Below are positions 1-10,099 of a DNA stretch of 64,000 nt, piece by piece. The translations under genes were made by a program, and so were the position numbers. Each line of letters starts with the position of its first letter. Position 1 is the first letter of the stretch. Under the pieces are notes generated by a model. It was not told the origin of the DNA, searched no databases, and saw only the letters and a list, made by a program, of their open reading frames with translations. Source of the DNA: Bacteroidales bacterium (GTDB lineage Bacteria > Bacteroidota > Bacteroidia > Bacteroidales > WCHB1-69); NCBI GenBank assembly GCA_024400635.1, contig JAKSMI010000001.1, positions 113,468 through 177,467 on the forward strand. The letters run 5' to 3'.

Positions 1-1167
1 GTTGTAAGGATAAATCTGAATATGTAATTTCTTCACTTCCTCGTAAAGTACTTTTTTCAGTTCTTCAATATTTTCCTTTTCGGTAGCAGAAATGAAAATG
101 GTTTTGTTTTTGGTTTTCGCCATCCAGGTAGCTTTCAATTCCTCCAGAGTAATATTCGATTTATCTTTGGGTGTAAGATCATCGGGCTCTTTTTCAACCC
201 AATGATAATTATCAATCTTATTGAAAATCATAATCATAGGTTTATCGCCAGCTTTCAATTCCTCTAGAGTTTGATTCACAACGGCAATTTGTTCTTCAAA
301 TTCAGGATGACTTATATCCACAACATGCAAAAGCAAATCCGTTTCTCGAATTTCATCAAGAGTAGATTTGAAGGATTCCACCAGTGTATGGGGAAGTTTG
401 CGAATAAAACCGACAGTATCAGAGAGCAGAAATGGAAGATTTTCGATGACGACCTTTCGAACCGTTGTATCAAGCGTTGCGAAAAGTTTATTTTCAGCAA
501 ACACCTCCGACTTGGAAATCAGATTCATCAAAGTGGACTTTCCGACATTAGTATAGCCAACGAGAGCCACGCGGACAAATTGTCCGCGGTTGCCACGCTG
601 TGTAAATTTCTGACGATCAATATCTTTCAGTTTTTCTTTCAGCAAAGAAATTCTATCTCTGATAATTCGACGGTCGGTTTCGATTTCCTTTTCACCGGGG
701 CCTCTCATGCCGATACCGCCACGTTGTTTTTCCAAGTGAGTCCACAAGCCCGTCAAGCGAGGAAGAAGATACTGATACTGAGCCAATTCAACCTGAACTT
801 TCGCATGGGCCGTCTGTGCTCGTTTAGCAAATATATCAAGAATCAAATGGGTACGGTCCATGATTTTGCAGCCCAGAACCTTTTCAATATTCCGATTTTG
901 CGACGGCGTCAATTCGTCATCAAAAACAGCAAGATCTATATGGTTTTCAGACACATAATCTCGAACTTCATTCAATTTTCCGGAGCCAAGGTAGGTTTTC
1001 GGATCAGGATAAGGCAAATTCTGCGTAAAATGCTTATCGGGGATACCGCCAGCAGTTTCAACCAAGAAGGCAAGTTCTGTCAGATATTCCTCCAACTTTT
1101 CCGCATTAGCAGCAGGCGTACAAACTCCCACCAAAATCGCCTTTTCCAGTTTAATATCGTCGTTCAT
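1..1167 (-). CDS. hflX: GTPase HflX (3' end of the gene runs off the window start)
   Basis: My reverse-strand translation from the ATG at 1167-1165 gives MNDDIKLEKAILVGV... Motifs: G1 VALVGYTNVGKSTLMN, HflX-type LSDTVGFIRKLP, G4 IFNKID. The frame is open to nt 1, so it is missing from the ORF track. The + strand ORF 271..1185 is its antisense shadow. Confidence 0.85.
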   Translation of the reverse strand, partial: MNDDIKLEKAILVGVCTPAANAEKLEEYLTELAFLVETAGGIPDKHFTQNLPYPDPKTYLGSGKLNEVRDYVSENHIDLAVFDDELTPSQNRNIEKVLGCKIMDRTHLILDIFAKRAQTAHAKVQVELAQYQYLLPRLTGLWTHLEKQRGGIGMRGPGEKEIETDRRIIRDRISLLKEKLKDIDRQKFTQRGNRGQFVRVALVGYTNVGKSTLMNLISKSEVFAENKLFATLDTTVRKVVIENLPFLLSDTVGFIRKLPHTLVESFKSTLDEIRETDLLLHVVDISHPEFEEQIAVVNQTLEELKAGDKPMIMIFNKIDNYHWVEKEPDDLTPKDKSNITLEELKATWMAKTKNKTIFISATEKENIEELKKVLYEEVKKLHIQIYPYN

Positions 1168-1175
1168 CTGAAGAA

Positions 1176-1207
1176 GTTAAGTTGATTAATTGTTGCGTTG
1201 TTAGATT
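1176..1207. repeat. degenerate 8-bp micro-tandem array (gttaagtt gattaatt gttgcgtt gttagatt), followed by tctcaag x2 at 1231-1244
   Basis: Read directly in the hflX / nfn-like intergenic spacer. Same GTTnAnnT-type unit as the array at 33618-33700. Confidence 0.6.
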
Positions 1208-1260
1208 CGAGAAACGATATTTGTTGAAAATCTCAAGTCTCAAGAATCAAAACTTAGTTC

Positions 1261-3531
1261 TCAGTTTTTCAAGTATTCTTCAATAGCAGCGGCAGCGGTT
1301 TTGCCAGCACCCATAGCAAGGATGACGGTAGCTGAGCCAGAAGCGGCATCACCACCAGCGAAGACGCCTTTGCGAGAAGTCTGGCCTTTTTCATCCACGG
1401 CAATGCAGCTTCGTCTATTGATTTCAAGACCTGGCGTTGTAGCGGAAATCATCGGATTGGGGGATGTGCCAAGTGCCATAATCACCATATCGGTTTCAAG
1501 GATAAATTCTGATCCCTCGATTGGTACAGGACTGCGGCGACCTGAGGCATCAGGTTCACCCAATTCCATACGAATACACTTAGCGGCCTTCACCCAACCA
1601 TTTTCATCACCGACGATTTCAACAGGATTCGTAAGCAACTGAAAATCGACACCTTCTTCTTTGGCGTGATGGACTTCTTCTGCTCGGGCTGGCAATTCTT
1701 CTTCTGAGCGGCGATAAACCACATGAACTTCTGCACCAAGACGGAGAGCTGTACGAGCTGCATCCATAGCCACATTGCCACCTCCGACAACAACCACTTT
1801 CTTACCCACATAATTTGGTGTCTCATAACCTTCTTTGTAAGCAAAAAGCAGGTTGTTGCGCGTTAGGAATTCGTTGGCAGAAACCACGCCGCACAAGTTT
1901 TCACCCGGAATATTCATAAACATGGGCAGACCAGCGCCGGAGGCGATGAAAACAGCCTTGAAATTTTCTTTATCCATCAAGTCATCAATAGTGACCGTAC
2001 GACCAATGACAACATCTTTTTCAAATTTAGCGCCCAACTTCATTACATTTTCCACCTCATAGCGAACAACAGTTTCCTTTGGCAGACGGAAAGAAGGGAT
2101 TCCATAAACCAACACGCCACCAAATTCATGTAGTGCCTCGAAGACAGTTACGTCAAAGCCTTTCATTGTCAATTCTTTAGCACAAGTTATACCAGCTGGT
2201 CCACTACCTATGACTGCCACTTTGATACCATTTTTAGCAGCAGGCTGTTCAAATTGCAATTGATGATTGCGAGACCAGTCTCCGACAAAACGTTCCAATT
2301 TGCCAATAGCGAGGGCATCGCCGCGTTTGCCAAGGACGCATCGTCCTTCACATTGACGCTCTTGCGGGCAAACGCGGCCGCAGACTGCTGGCAAAGCAGA
2401 GTCACGATTGATAACGCGCGCCGCTTCGTCAAAACGGCCTTCTGCCACACAATGAACAAATTCAGGAATATTAACAGAAACCGGGCATCCCGTCATGCAC
2501 TGCGGATTCTTGCACTGGAGGCAACGCTGCGCCTCGGCTATAGCTTCTTCCGCCGTATAGCCAAGACAAACCTCACCAAAATTATGGGCACGAACTTTCG
2601 GTTCTTGTTCAGCAATGGGCACACGATGCCAGCGATCGCGAGGTTCATCTGCTATGCCTCCAATATGGCAAACGTGTCCTTCCGCCCGCTCTTCCTGCTC
2701 TAATTGTTTATGTCCTTCAACGCTATTATACATTGCCTGACGTTTCATAACCAGATCAAAATCCACTTGCAAAGCATCGAATTCCGGCCCGTCAACGCAA
2801 GTGAAGCGGGTTTTGCCTCCTACCGACACGCGGCAAGCGCCACACATACCTGTGCCATCAACCATCAACGCGTTCAAACTGACGGTACATTTAATACCCA
2901 ACTCTTTGGCTGTCAATGCGGTAAACTTCATCATAATCATCGGTCCAATGGCAACGGCTTCATCATACTGTTTATGATGTTCCTCCACCAAGCGTTTCAG
3001 CACATCACTGACCACGCCCTGCATCCCACTGGAATTATCATCAGTTGTAACATAAAGATTCCCTGCAATTTGTCTCAGCTCATTTTCATATATAATAAGA
3101 GAATGTGTACGGGCTCCAATAATCACATCTGCCTTTACGCCATGTTCACTCAACCATTTCACCTGCGGATAGATTGGGGCAATGCCCACACCACCACCAA
3201 TAAATACAAAGCGTTTCCTATGCAACTCTTCTTCGCTTAAATGAATAAATTCAGAAGGACGACCCAACGGACCAACAACATCCTCAAAACTATCGCCAAC
3301 CTCAAAGCCTTTCATCTCTATTGTAGATTTACCAATGGCCTTAAAAACAATACGAATAAGGCCTTTCTCCGCATCATGATCACTGATAGTCAATGGTATA
3401 CGTTCCGACTGCTTTCTCATCTTGATGATGATGAATTGGCCCGGCAAAGCAGATGCTGCAATACGAGGTGCCTGAACATCCATCAAACAGGTATCGCCTG
3501 GCAGATTTTCCTTATAAACAATTTTAAACAT
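1261..3531 (-). CDS. fused NfnA/NfnB-like oxidoreductase: PyrK-like FAD/NAD(P) + 2Fe-2S domain fused to a GltD-like NADPH-dependent glutamate synthase small-chain domain
   Basis: 756-aa ORF with ATG start. The N-terminal about 280 aa is ferredoxin-reductase-like (RIPLTISD, GGGVGIAP, C-terminal CGACRV Cys cluster). The C-terminal part has 4Fe-4S Cys motifs (CLQCKNPQC, CPQERQCEGRC) and two Rossmann motifs (VIGSGPAG, VVGGGNVAMD). Confidence 0.85.
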   Translation of the reverse strand: MFKIVYKENLPGDTCLMDVQAPRIAASALPGQFIIIKMRKQSERIPLTISDHDAEKGLIRIVFKAIGKSTIEMKGFEVGDSFEDVVGPLGRPSEFIHLSEEELHRKRFVFIGGGVGIAPIYPQVKWLSEHGVKADVIIGARTHSLIIYENELRQIAGNLYVTTDDNSSGMQGVVSDVLKRLVEEHHKQYDEAVAIGPMIMMKFTALTAKELGIKCTVSLNALMVDGTGMCGACRVSVGGKTRFTCVDGPEFDALQVDFDLVMKRQAMYNSVEGHKQLEQEERAEGHVCHIGGIADEPRDRWHRVPIAEQEPKVRAHNFGEVCLGYTAEEAIAEAQRCLQCKNPQCMTGCPVSVNIPEFVHCVAEGRFDEAARVINRDSALPAVCGRVCPQERQCEGRCVLGKRGDALAIGKLERFVGDWSRNHQLQFEQPAAKNGIKVAVIGSGPAGITCAKELTMKGFDVTVFEALHEFGGVLVYGIPSFRLPKETVVRYEVENVMKLGAKFEKDVVIGRTVTIDDLMDKENFKAVFIASGAGLPMFMNIPGENLCGVVSANEFLTRNNLLFAYKEGYETPNYVGKKVVVVGGGNVAMDAARTALRLGAEVHVVYRRSEEELPARAEEVHHAKEEGVDFQLLTNPVEIVGDENGWVKAAKCIRMELGEPDASGRRSPVPIEGSEFILETDMVIMALGTSPNPMISATTPGLEINRRSCIAVDEKGQTSRKGVFAGGDAASGSATVILAMGAGKTAAAAIEEYLKN

Positions 3532-3559
3532 AATGTATTGATTTTTTTATTTTAGCGAA

Positions 3560-4609
3560 TTATTCTTCAAATTCATCATACCTTCTGAAATTCAAATTTC
3601 GGGTATAACAACCCGAAACCAACGAATCCTCATTATTGTTGACAATATCAATTCCAAACGTTCTTGTAACAGAAGTTCGTGCCGCAAAGAATCCCAAGAC
3701 ATTATTACCCTGAGCAGAAAACAAGTTGGTATATTTAATTCTATCCTGAACAATAGTTGAAGATGGTTGCGAAACCTTATAATACTGATAATAAGTTTCA
3801 TCGCAAGCCCATAAGGTCAATTGGATGCATTCATAGGTATCTGGATAACGCCAAACATTGTCATTAACCGGAATATTTTTCTGGATAATCTGATATATTG
3901 AATAAGGTTCAAAAGTCACTTGATTACCATAGCAAAAACCTGGACTTAAACGGACATTGTCGATTGATTTGTGACTAACTTCCCCGGTCTGCTTATTTTT
4001 TTCGATGTATTTGAAAGTCAAATAAACATCTATGGCAGACGCATTCTCTGGAATTGTATTCGTTCTGAAACCAACAGGCCACGAATCTTGGAAATTCAAG
4101 TTAATTGTACTTTTCGAGCCAACCGATCCCAATGGAATATTGAAACACATATTTTTGATAGTGCTCAATTCTGAATAAACCGTATCATGAGAAATTTTAT
4201 TGATAACATTCAATTTATAGCGATAGCCGTCCTTAATACGATCCTTCACCCTATAGAGCACTTGGGTCGGACTGGAAAACTCCCCATAATTTTTGGCAAT
4301 AGACATCACTGTATCGAGCTTAATTGTACGAATATAACGATCTTCAATATACTCATGCAATTTCACTTCAATATCATTATAATAAGAAATATTATCCAGA
4401 TTCTGAGCCCAAACCAAAGCATTTTCCTTCGTCAAGTATCCTTTGTAAATTTTCAGATACTGATAATTGTCATTAGGATTGAGTAGTGCGTAAACCACCG
4501 TTGTTTCCTTATAATCCGAAGTTATGTTTATATCTGGTTTACAGCTTGTCATGTTCAGCGTCATCACCAATGCAAGCAACGAGACGATAATAGCATTTCT
4601 ATTTTTCAT
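3560..4609 (-). CDS. hypothetical lipoprotein
   Basis: 349-aa ORF. Signal peptide with lipobox-like LNMTSC. No catalytic motif recognised. Confidence 0.6.
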   Translation of the reverse strand: MKNRNAIIVSLLALVMTLNMTSCKPDINITSDYKETTVVYALLNPNDNYQYLKIYKGYLTKENALVWAQNLDNISYYNDIEVKLHEYIEDRYIRTIKLDTVMSIAKNYGEFSSPTQVLYRVKDRIKDGYRYKLNVINKISHDTVYSELSTIKNMCFNIPLGSVGSKSTINLNFQDSWPVGFRTNTIPENASAIDVYLTFKYIEKNKQTGEVSHKSIDNVRLSPGFCYGNQVTFEPYSIYQIIQKNIPVNDNVWRYPDTYECIQLTLWACDETYYQYYKVSQPSSTIVQDRIKYTNLFSAQGNNVLGFFAARTSVTRTFGIDIVNNNEDSLVSGCYTRNLNFRRYDEFEE

Positions 4610-4635
4610 TATGATGGATTAATTGGTAATTCAGG

Positions 4636-5415
4636 TTAATCATAAATGTTAGTTTCACGAATCCATTTCACCCCTTGACGCTCACCTCTTTTATTTTCGT
4701 GTGTGTTTTCAACATATTTTTCTTTGAAAGAATAAACCAATCGAATGGAAAACAGATTATTCTGTTGTTTTTTAAATTCAGTTGGTTGAGCCGAATTTCT
4801 GTATTCTATAGCAAAAGTACGAATAGAAGCAAGTGAATACTGGAATCTCATTTCAAGTTTCAGACCTTTGTAAAGCATGAATTTAACATCGGCAATAACG
4901 CTCCAATCATTTTTATCGTACGTATTTGAATTAAGACTGGTAGTCCGTTTGAATCCGTTGTACCATTCTTGCGCACGGACAAGTCTCCCCCAGGAGAAAC
5001 CGAGTCCAAAGGCGCAACCCGTATGCCAATCTTCGTAATGGAAGAGCACTGGAATTTCCACATAGTCAAGATCGAGACGGCATTTGTATTTCGCCGAATT
5101 TTGGAATTCCACGCTACGATCCACATCCAAGAACATAGCCGGGGCGTAGTTCGTCGTATCGAAAGCACGAGTTCCCATTGAGCGAGAGCCCTTCATGCTG
5201 TATAGCAATTCGACAGTGGCAAACCATTGCATTTTCTTGTCAAGGGCAATCATAACGCTGGCACCGCCAACAAAACCCGCTTTGCGATAGCCGCGCACAT
5301 CATCCCCTTCCACCTGCGACACATTAGCGCCTGCTATCAATGAGCCGATGAAGCGTTGCGAATAAACTCCCGTTACACATAGGCAACAGAGAATAATCAA
5401 AATCAGTTTTTTCAT
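4636..5415 (-). CDS. outer-membrane beta-barrel protein (porin/PorT-like family)
   Basis: 259-aa ORF. Signal peptide MKKLILIILCCLCVTGVYSQ, alternating hydrophobic beta-strand pattern and an aromatic C-terminal region. Confidence 0.6.
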   Translation of the reverse strand: MKKLILIILCCLCVTGVYSQRFIGSLIAGANVSQVEGDDVRGYRKAGFVGGASVMIALDKKMQWFATVELLYSMKGSRSMGTRAFDTTNYAPAMFLDVDRSVEFQNSAKYKCRLDLDYVEIPVLFHYEDWHTGCAFGLGFSWGRLVRAQEWYNGFKRTTSLNSNTYDKNDWSVIADVKFMLYKGLKLEMRFQYSLASIRTFAIEYRNSAQPTEFKKQQNNLFSIRLVYSFKEKYVENTHENKRGERQGVKWIRETNIYD

Positions 5416-5653
5416 TTTACAAAATTAATATTCTGCAAAGATACAAATTTTATTTTGTGATAATGACTTTTTATGCACGACTCTATAAAAAGTTTTAATC
5501 ATCATAAGACAAAAATTTAGCACTGAGTAAAAAAGCAATCATATCATTCTGATGATTTCAAATATGAATATTATTAAATTTTCCAATATGTAAAAAGACC
5601 TCCGCAAGAGAACATTGCACAATTTTTCAGGCAGCTGGTCTCAAGGGGCAGAT

Positions 5654-5688
5654 AAAACAAAAAAGACCTTGTCGGATGACAAGGTCTT
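5654..5688 (-). terminator. rho-independent terminator after rpsS
   Basis: Perfect 11-bp stem aagaccttgtc / gacaaggtctt with a 4-nt loop. On the minus strand a T-rich tract follows (complement of aaaacaaaaa). Confidence 0.75.
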
Positions 5689-5718
5689 AGAAATTATAGA
5701 GTAGTACAAAGTGTAATA

Positions 5719-5997
5719 TTATTTTTTACCTTTGTCCTTCTGACCAGCGTGACCGCGGAAGATACGAGTGGGAGCGAATTCGCCCAATTTGTGGCCAACC
5801 ATATTTTCGGTAACATAAACGGGGATAAATTTATTTCCGTTATGCACAGCGATAGTCAAACCTACGAAGTCGGGAGAAATCATGGAAGAACGAGACCAGG
5901 TTTTGATAGTGGTTTTCTTGCCTGATTCTTGAGCTTCGATCACTCTTTGTTCCAATTTGTAATGGATATATGGACCTTTTTTTAATGAACGACTCAT
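5719..5997 (-). CDS. rpsS: 30S ribosomal protein S19
   Basis: 92 aa: [15 protein letters not shown]...[26 protein letters not shown]. Confidence 0.97.
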   Translation of the reverse strand: MSRSLKKGPYIHYKLEQRVIEAQESGKKTTIKTWSRSSMISPDFVGLTIAVHNGNKFIPVYVTENMVGHKLGEFAPTRIFRGHAGQKDKGKK

Positions 5998-6014
5998 GAT
6001 ATTCTACTTTAGGG

Positions 6015-6839
<825 letters not shown>

Positions 6840-6851
6840 TTCTTTTTGCTA

Positions 6852-7142
6852 TTAAATGTTGCTATAAATGTCGATTTTCTGATCCTTGGCGACAAAAACC
6901 ATAGCTTTTTTGAAAGTGTTTTTCTGACCTTCAATCATGCCGGCTTTTGTGTAGCGAGAGGTTGACTTACCTCTTTGAATAAGGGTATTCACCTGCAGAA
7001 CTTTGACACCATAAATGTCCTCAATCTCTTTCTTGATCTGGGGCTTGGTGGCCTTTCTGTCAACAATGAAACCATAACGGTTGTACTTTTCGCCAACCAT
7101 TGTCATCTTTTCACTGATGATGGGTTTTATAATTACGTTCAT
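6852..7142 (-). CDS. rplW: 50S ribosomal protein L23
   Basis: 96 aa. Sits between L4 and L2. IIKPIISEKMT... is L23-like. Confidence 0.93.
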   Translation of the reverse strand: MNVIIKPIISEKMTMVGEKYNRYGFIVDRKATKPQIKKEIEDIYGVKVLQVNTLIQRGKSTSRYTKAGMIEGQKNTFKKAMVFVAKDQKIDIYSNI

Positions 7143-7179
7143 TTCTCTAATTATTTCTTGATTAACGACTTAAGTTTGA

Positions 7180-7809
7180 TTACTCGCCTAACATTTTTTC
7201 AATGTCTTTCAGGCTGTTTTCGCAAATCAGCAAAGTGCCGGCATTAAGAACGTTGTACGTATTTACGTCCATAGCTCTCATTACGTTAGCACGTTGGATG
7301 TTGCGAGCTGAAAGATAAACATTCTTGTTACTTTCATTCACCAGCATCAAGGTCTTTGCACCTTCGAGGTTGAATTTCTTCAGAATGTCGATATAGGCTT
7401 TAGTTTTTGGTGCTTCGAACGAGAAATCTTCCAAAACGATGATTTTATCTTCCTTAGCTTTATATGTAAGAGCTGAGAAACGAGCCAAACGTTTGATTTT
7501 CTTATTCAATTTAAAGCGGTAATCTCTGGGGTGAGGTCCAAATACTGTAGCACCGCCACGGATTGTGGGAGATTTGATGCTACCAGCACGTGCGCCACCC
7601 GTACCTTTTTGTCTTTTCAATTTGCGCGTACTACCAGAAACTGTTGATTTTTCCAAGGTGTCGTGCGTTCCTTGTCTTTGATTGGCCAAATATTGCTTAA
7701 CATCTAACCAAATAGCGTGATCATTAGGTTCTACATTAAAGATGTTGTCGTTTAATGTAACCGTTTTTCCTGATTCGCTTCCGTCAATTTTATATACTCT
7801 TAACTCCAT
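7180..7809 (-). CDS. rplD: 50S ribosomal protein L4
   Basis: 209 aa with [33 protein letters not shown]. Its start overlaps the rplC stop by 10 nt. Confidence 0.95.
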   Translation of the reverse strand: MELRVYKIDGSESGKTVTLNDNIFNVEPNDHAIWLDVKQYLANQRQGTHDTLEKSTVSGSTRKLKRQKGTGGARAGSIKSPTIRGGATVFGPHPRDYRFKLNKKIKRLARFSALTYKAKEDKIIVLEDFSFEAPKTKAYIDILKKFNLEGAKTLMLVNESNKNVYLSARNIQRANVMRAMDVNTYNVLNAGTLLICENSLKDIEKMLGE

Positions 7810-8429
7810 CTTTCAATTGTTATATAAGAACCATTAGGTCCGGGTACGGAACCTTTTACTAAAATTAAATTCTTTTCCTTAACGATTTTGACAATCTGAA
7901 GGTTGATCATTTTAACCTTGTTGCCACCGGTACGACCAGCCATACGCATACCTTTCAACACTCTTGAAGGATATGATGATGCACCAAGTGAACCAGGAGC
8001 TCTAAGACGGTTGTGCTGACCGTGTGTGCTGTCACCAACACCACCGAAACCGTGGCGTTTTACAACGCCCTGGAATCCTTTACCTTTTGAAATGCCACTT
8101 ACATCAACGAATTCGCCTTCAACAAATACGGTAACATCAATAATTTCACCGTACTGTTTTTTGTGACCTTCTTCGAAACGGGTGAATTCCTTCAAAACCT
8201 TTTTCGGAGTGGTACCAGCCTTCGCAAAGTGCCCTTTCAACGACTTGTTCGTCCTTTTTTCTTTCTTTTCGTCGTAACCCAATTGGATTGCATCGTAACC
8301 GTCCTTTTCAACGGTCTTAACTTGCGTTACCACGCAAGGACCAGCCTCCAATACCGTGCATGGCACTATCTTGCCAGAGGCATCATAGATGCTAGTCATC
8401 CCAATTTTTTTTCCTAATAATCCAGACAT
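7800..8429 (-). CDS. rplC: 50S ribosomal protein L3
   Basis: 209 aa: [16 protein letters not shown]...[13 protein letters not shown]. Confidence 0.96.
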   Translation of the reverse strand: MSGLLGKKIGMTSIYDASGKIVPCTVLEAGPCVVTQVKTVEKDGYDAIQLGYDEKKEKRTNKSLKGHFAKAGTTPKKVLKEFTRFEEGHKKQYGEIIDVTVFVEGEFVDVSGISKGKGFQGVVKRHGFGGVGDSTHGQHNRLRAPGSLGASSYPSRVLKGMRMAGRTGGNKVKMINLQIVKIVKEKNLILVKGSVPGPNGSYITIERWS

Positions 8430-8560
8430 TTTTTATTGTTTTATGATGTTTTTATTTCCGGTTTTCGCAAACCGATTTTTTTGATTCATTTTTTAACTTG
8501 TTTATAATAAAGAAGTTACATGCATAGATAGCAAGCATACCTTCTCCATTTTTTGGAGTG

Positions 8561-8568
8561 CAAATATA
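8561..8568 (-). promoter_or_regulatory. candidate Bacteroidota -7 box (TAtaTTTG on the minus strand) for the rplC operon
   Basis: Forward caaatata is the reverse complement of TATATTTG, matching the TAnnTTTG consensus. It lies about 130 nt upstream of the rplC ATG. Confidence 0.4.
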
Positions 8569-8641
8569 CAACAATTTCAAATAGAAATTACGGTTCCCTG
8601 ATTTTTTTCTAAAAAAAGTCAGTTTTGGACATTTAGAGGCG

Positions 8642-10024
8642 CTATTTCAACATCTCAAGTGCCTCTTGCACAGAGATTTCCCTGTCGCCATCAAAAGCAA
8701 CAACAAAAGCATCTTTGTAATGGGCGCCCAGAGCCTGCATCAGGTCCTTCGCCTCAGCCAGGGTTGTCAAATTTCCAGACGTGTATTTCCAGATTTTTCC
8801 TTTTTTGACTTTTCTAACATCAGCGGCATATCTAAAGAATGGATCATTGACAGCCAAATCATTGGCGGAAGCGGCAATCTGTACCCTAAAACGGATACTG
8901 TGATTCACCGTTGCGGGGGAAGTCTGCATTACAGGAACGGCCGCATTAGCAGTCTGCACTGAAGTGGCATATTTTGGAGTTTCTGCCTTTTCTGACGTAT
9001 TGACAGACGGCGATTCTTGACTTACAGATTTTGCCACCTCATTGGGATTATTATCCTTATCCACCTTTAAAACGGGTTCGGTCGTCTTTTGCGTTTCCTT
9101 CATGGCATACTCGGAATTGCTCGTTATTTTTTTGAACCCTGGTTCCGCAGCCACTTCAGGATCAACAGTTTGTTTTTTTGCCGACGGGTCAGCTGCCACA
9201 TCCGGATCCATAGACATTTGAACTTTAGGCAGTTCCACACCAGGCTTATTAGTTCCGTCCAGTGCATTGCGATAATCCACAAAAGCATTATAAATGGAGG
9301 CAGCCATCATGTCCTGAGATGAACCCTTCGTCATGTATTCTTCTTCGGCAGCATTACTCAAAAATCCCAGTTCTACAAGAATACTAGGCATCGCCACCTT
9401 ATAAAGCACCCAGAATCCGGCCTGTTTGACAGCGCGGTCCATCAAATGCGTATTGTGCACCAGATTCTTTTGAACTTTATCGGCGAGTAAAATGGAATGG
9501 TTCATATAGGCAGAAGTATGGAGTGAGAAAATCACATTCGCCTCGGGTGAATTGGGGTTGAAACCCTCATAGTTATTCTCAAAATTCTTTTCCTTGAGAA
9601 TGGCAGCATTTTCCTTACGGGCAACCTCCTTGTTGGCTTCTGACTTCGCCAAACCCATCACCCAAGTCTCCACACCGTGCGCACTTCTGTTTTCCGCGGC
9701 GTTGCAATGAATGGAAATAAACAAATCCGCATGATTATTATTGGCAATGACCGCACGTTTATACACCTCTACGGTCGCATCGGTTTTTCTTGTGTAAATC
9801 ACCTGAACATCACTATAATTATCACTGATAAGTTTACCCAATTTCAATGCGACATTCAGATTTACAGTCTTTTCATTTATCTTTTTACCCAAACATCCCG
9901 GATCCTCTCCCCCGTGACCAGCATCAATAACCACCTTGAATTTTTTATCACTTTGCTGGGCAAAAGACATAGTGTTAAAAAAAGTTAAGCACAAAAGCAA
10001 TAAAAAGAATTTTTTTGTGTTCAT
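8642..10024 (-). CDS. N-acetylmuramoyl-L-alanine amidase (Amidase_3) with a C-terminal SPOR domain
   Basis: 460 aa. Signal peptide, VVIDAGHGGEDPGC and SIHCNA amidase_3 motifs, a low-complexity linker, and a C-terminal FRVQIAAS...AFVVAFDGD SPOR-like domain. Confidence 0.88.
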   Translation of the reverse strand: MNTKKFFLLLLCLTFFNTMSFAQQSDKKFKVVIDAGHGGEDPGCLGKKINEKTVNLNVALKLGKLISDNYSDVQVIYTRKTDATVEVYKRAVIANNNHADLFISIHCNAAENRSAHGVETWVMGLAKSEANKEVARKENAAILKEKNFENNYEGFNPNSPEANVIFSLHTSAYMNHSILLADKVQKNLVHNTHLMDRAVKQAGFWVLYKVAMPSILVELGFLSNAAEEEYMTKGSSQDMMAASIYNAFVDYRNALDGTNKPGVELPKVQMSMDPDVAADPSAKKQTVDPEVAAEPGFKKITSNSEYAMKETQKTTEPVLKVDKDNNPNEVAKSVSQESPSVNTSEKAETPKYATSVQTANAAVPVMQTSPATVNHSIRFRVQIAASANDLAVNDPFFRYAADVRKVKKGKIWKYTSGNLTTLAEAKDLMQALGAHYKDAFVVAFDGDREISVQEALEMLK

Positions 10025-10099
10025 AAGTAAGAATATTTATCTATTTTTGTAACTTTTTATGAAGCAAAAATATTACAAATAAATTAAACTATATAATAC

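Noticed and set aside
271-1185. 304-aa + strand ORF in the track
   Set aside because: Low-complexity, motif-free translation. It is the antisense shadow of a clear hflX gene on the minus strand, which the track omits because that gene runs off the window.
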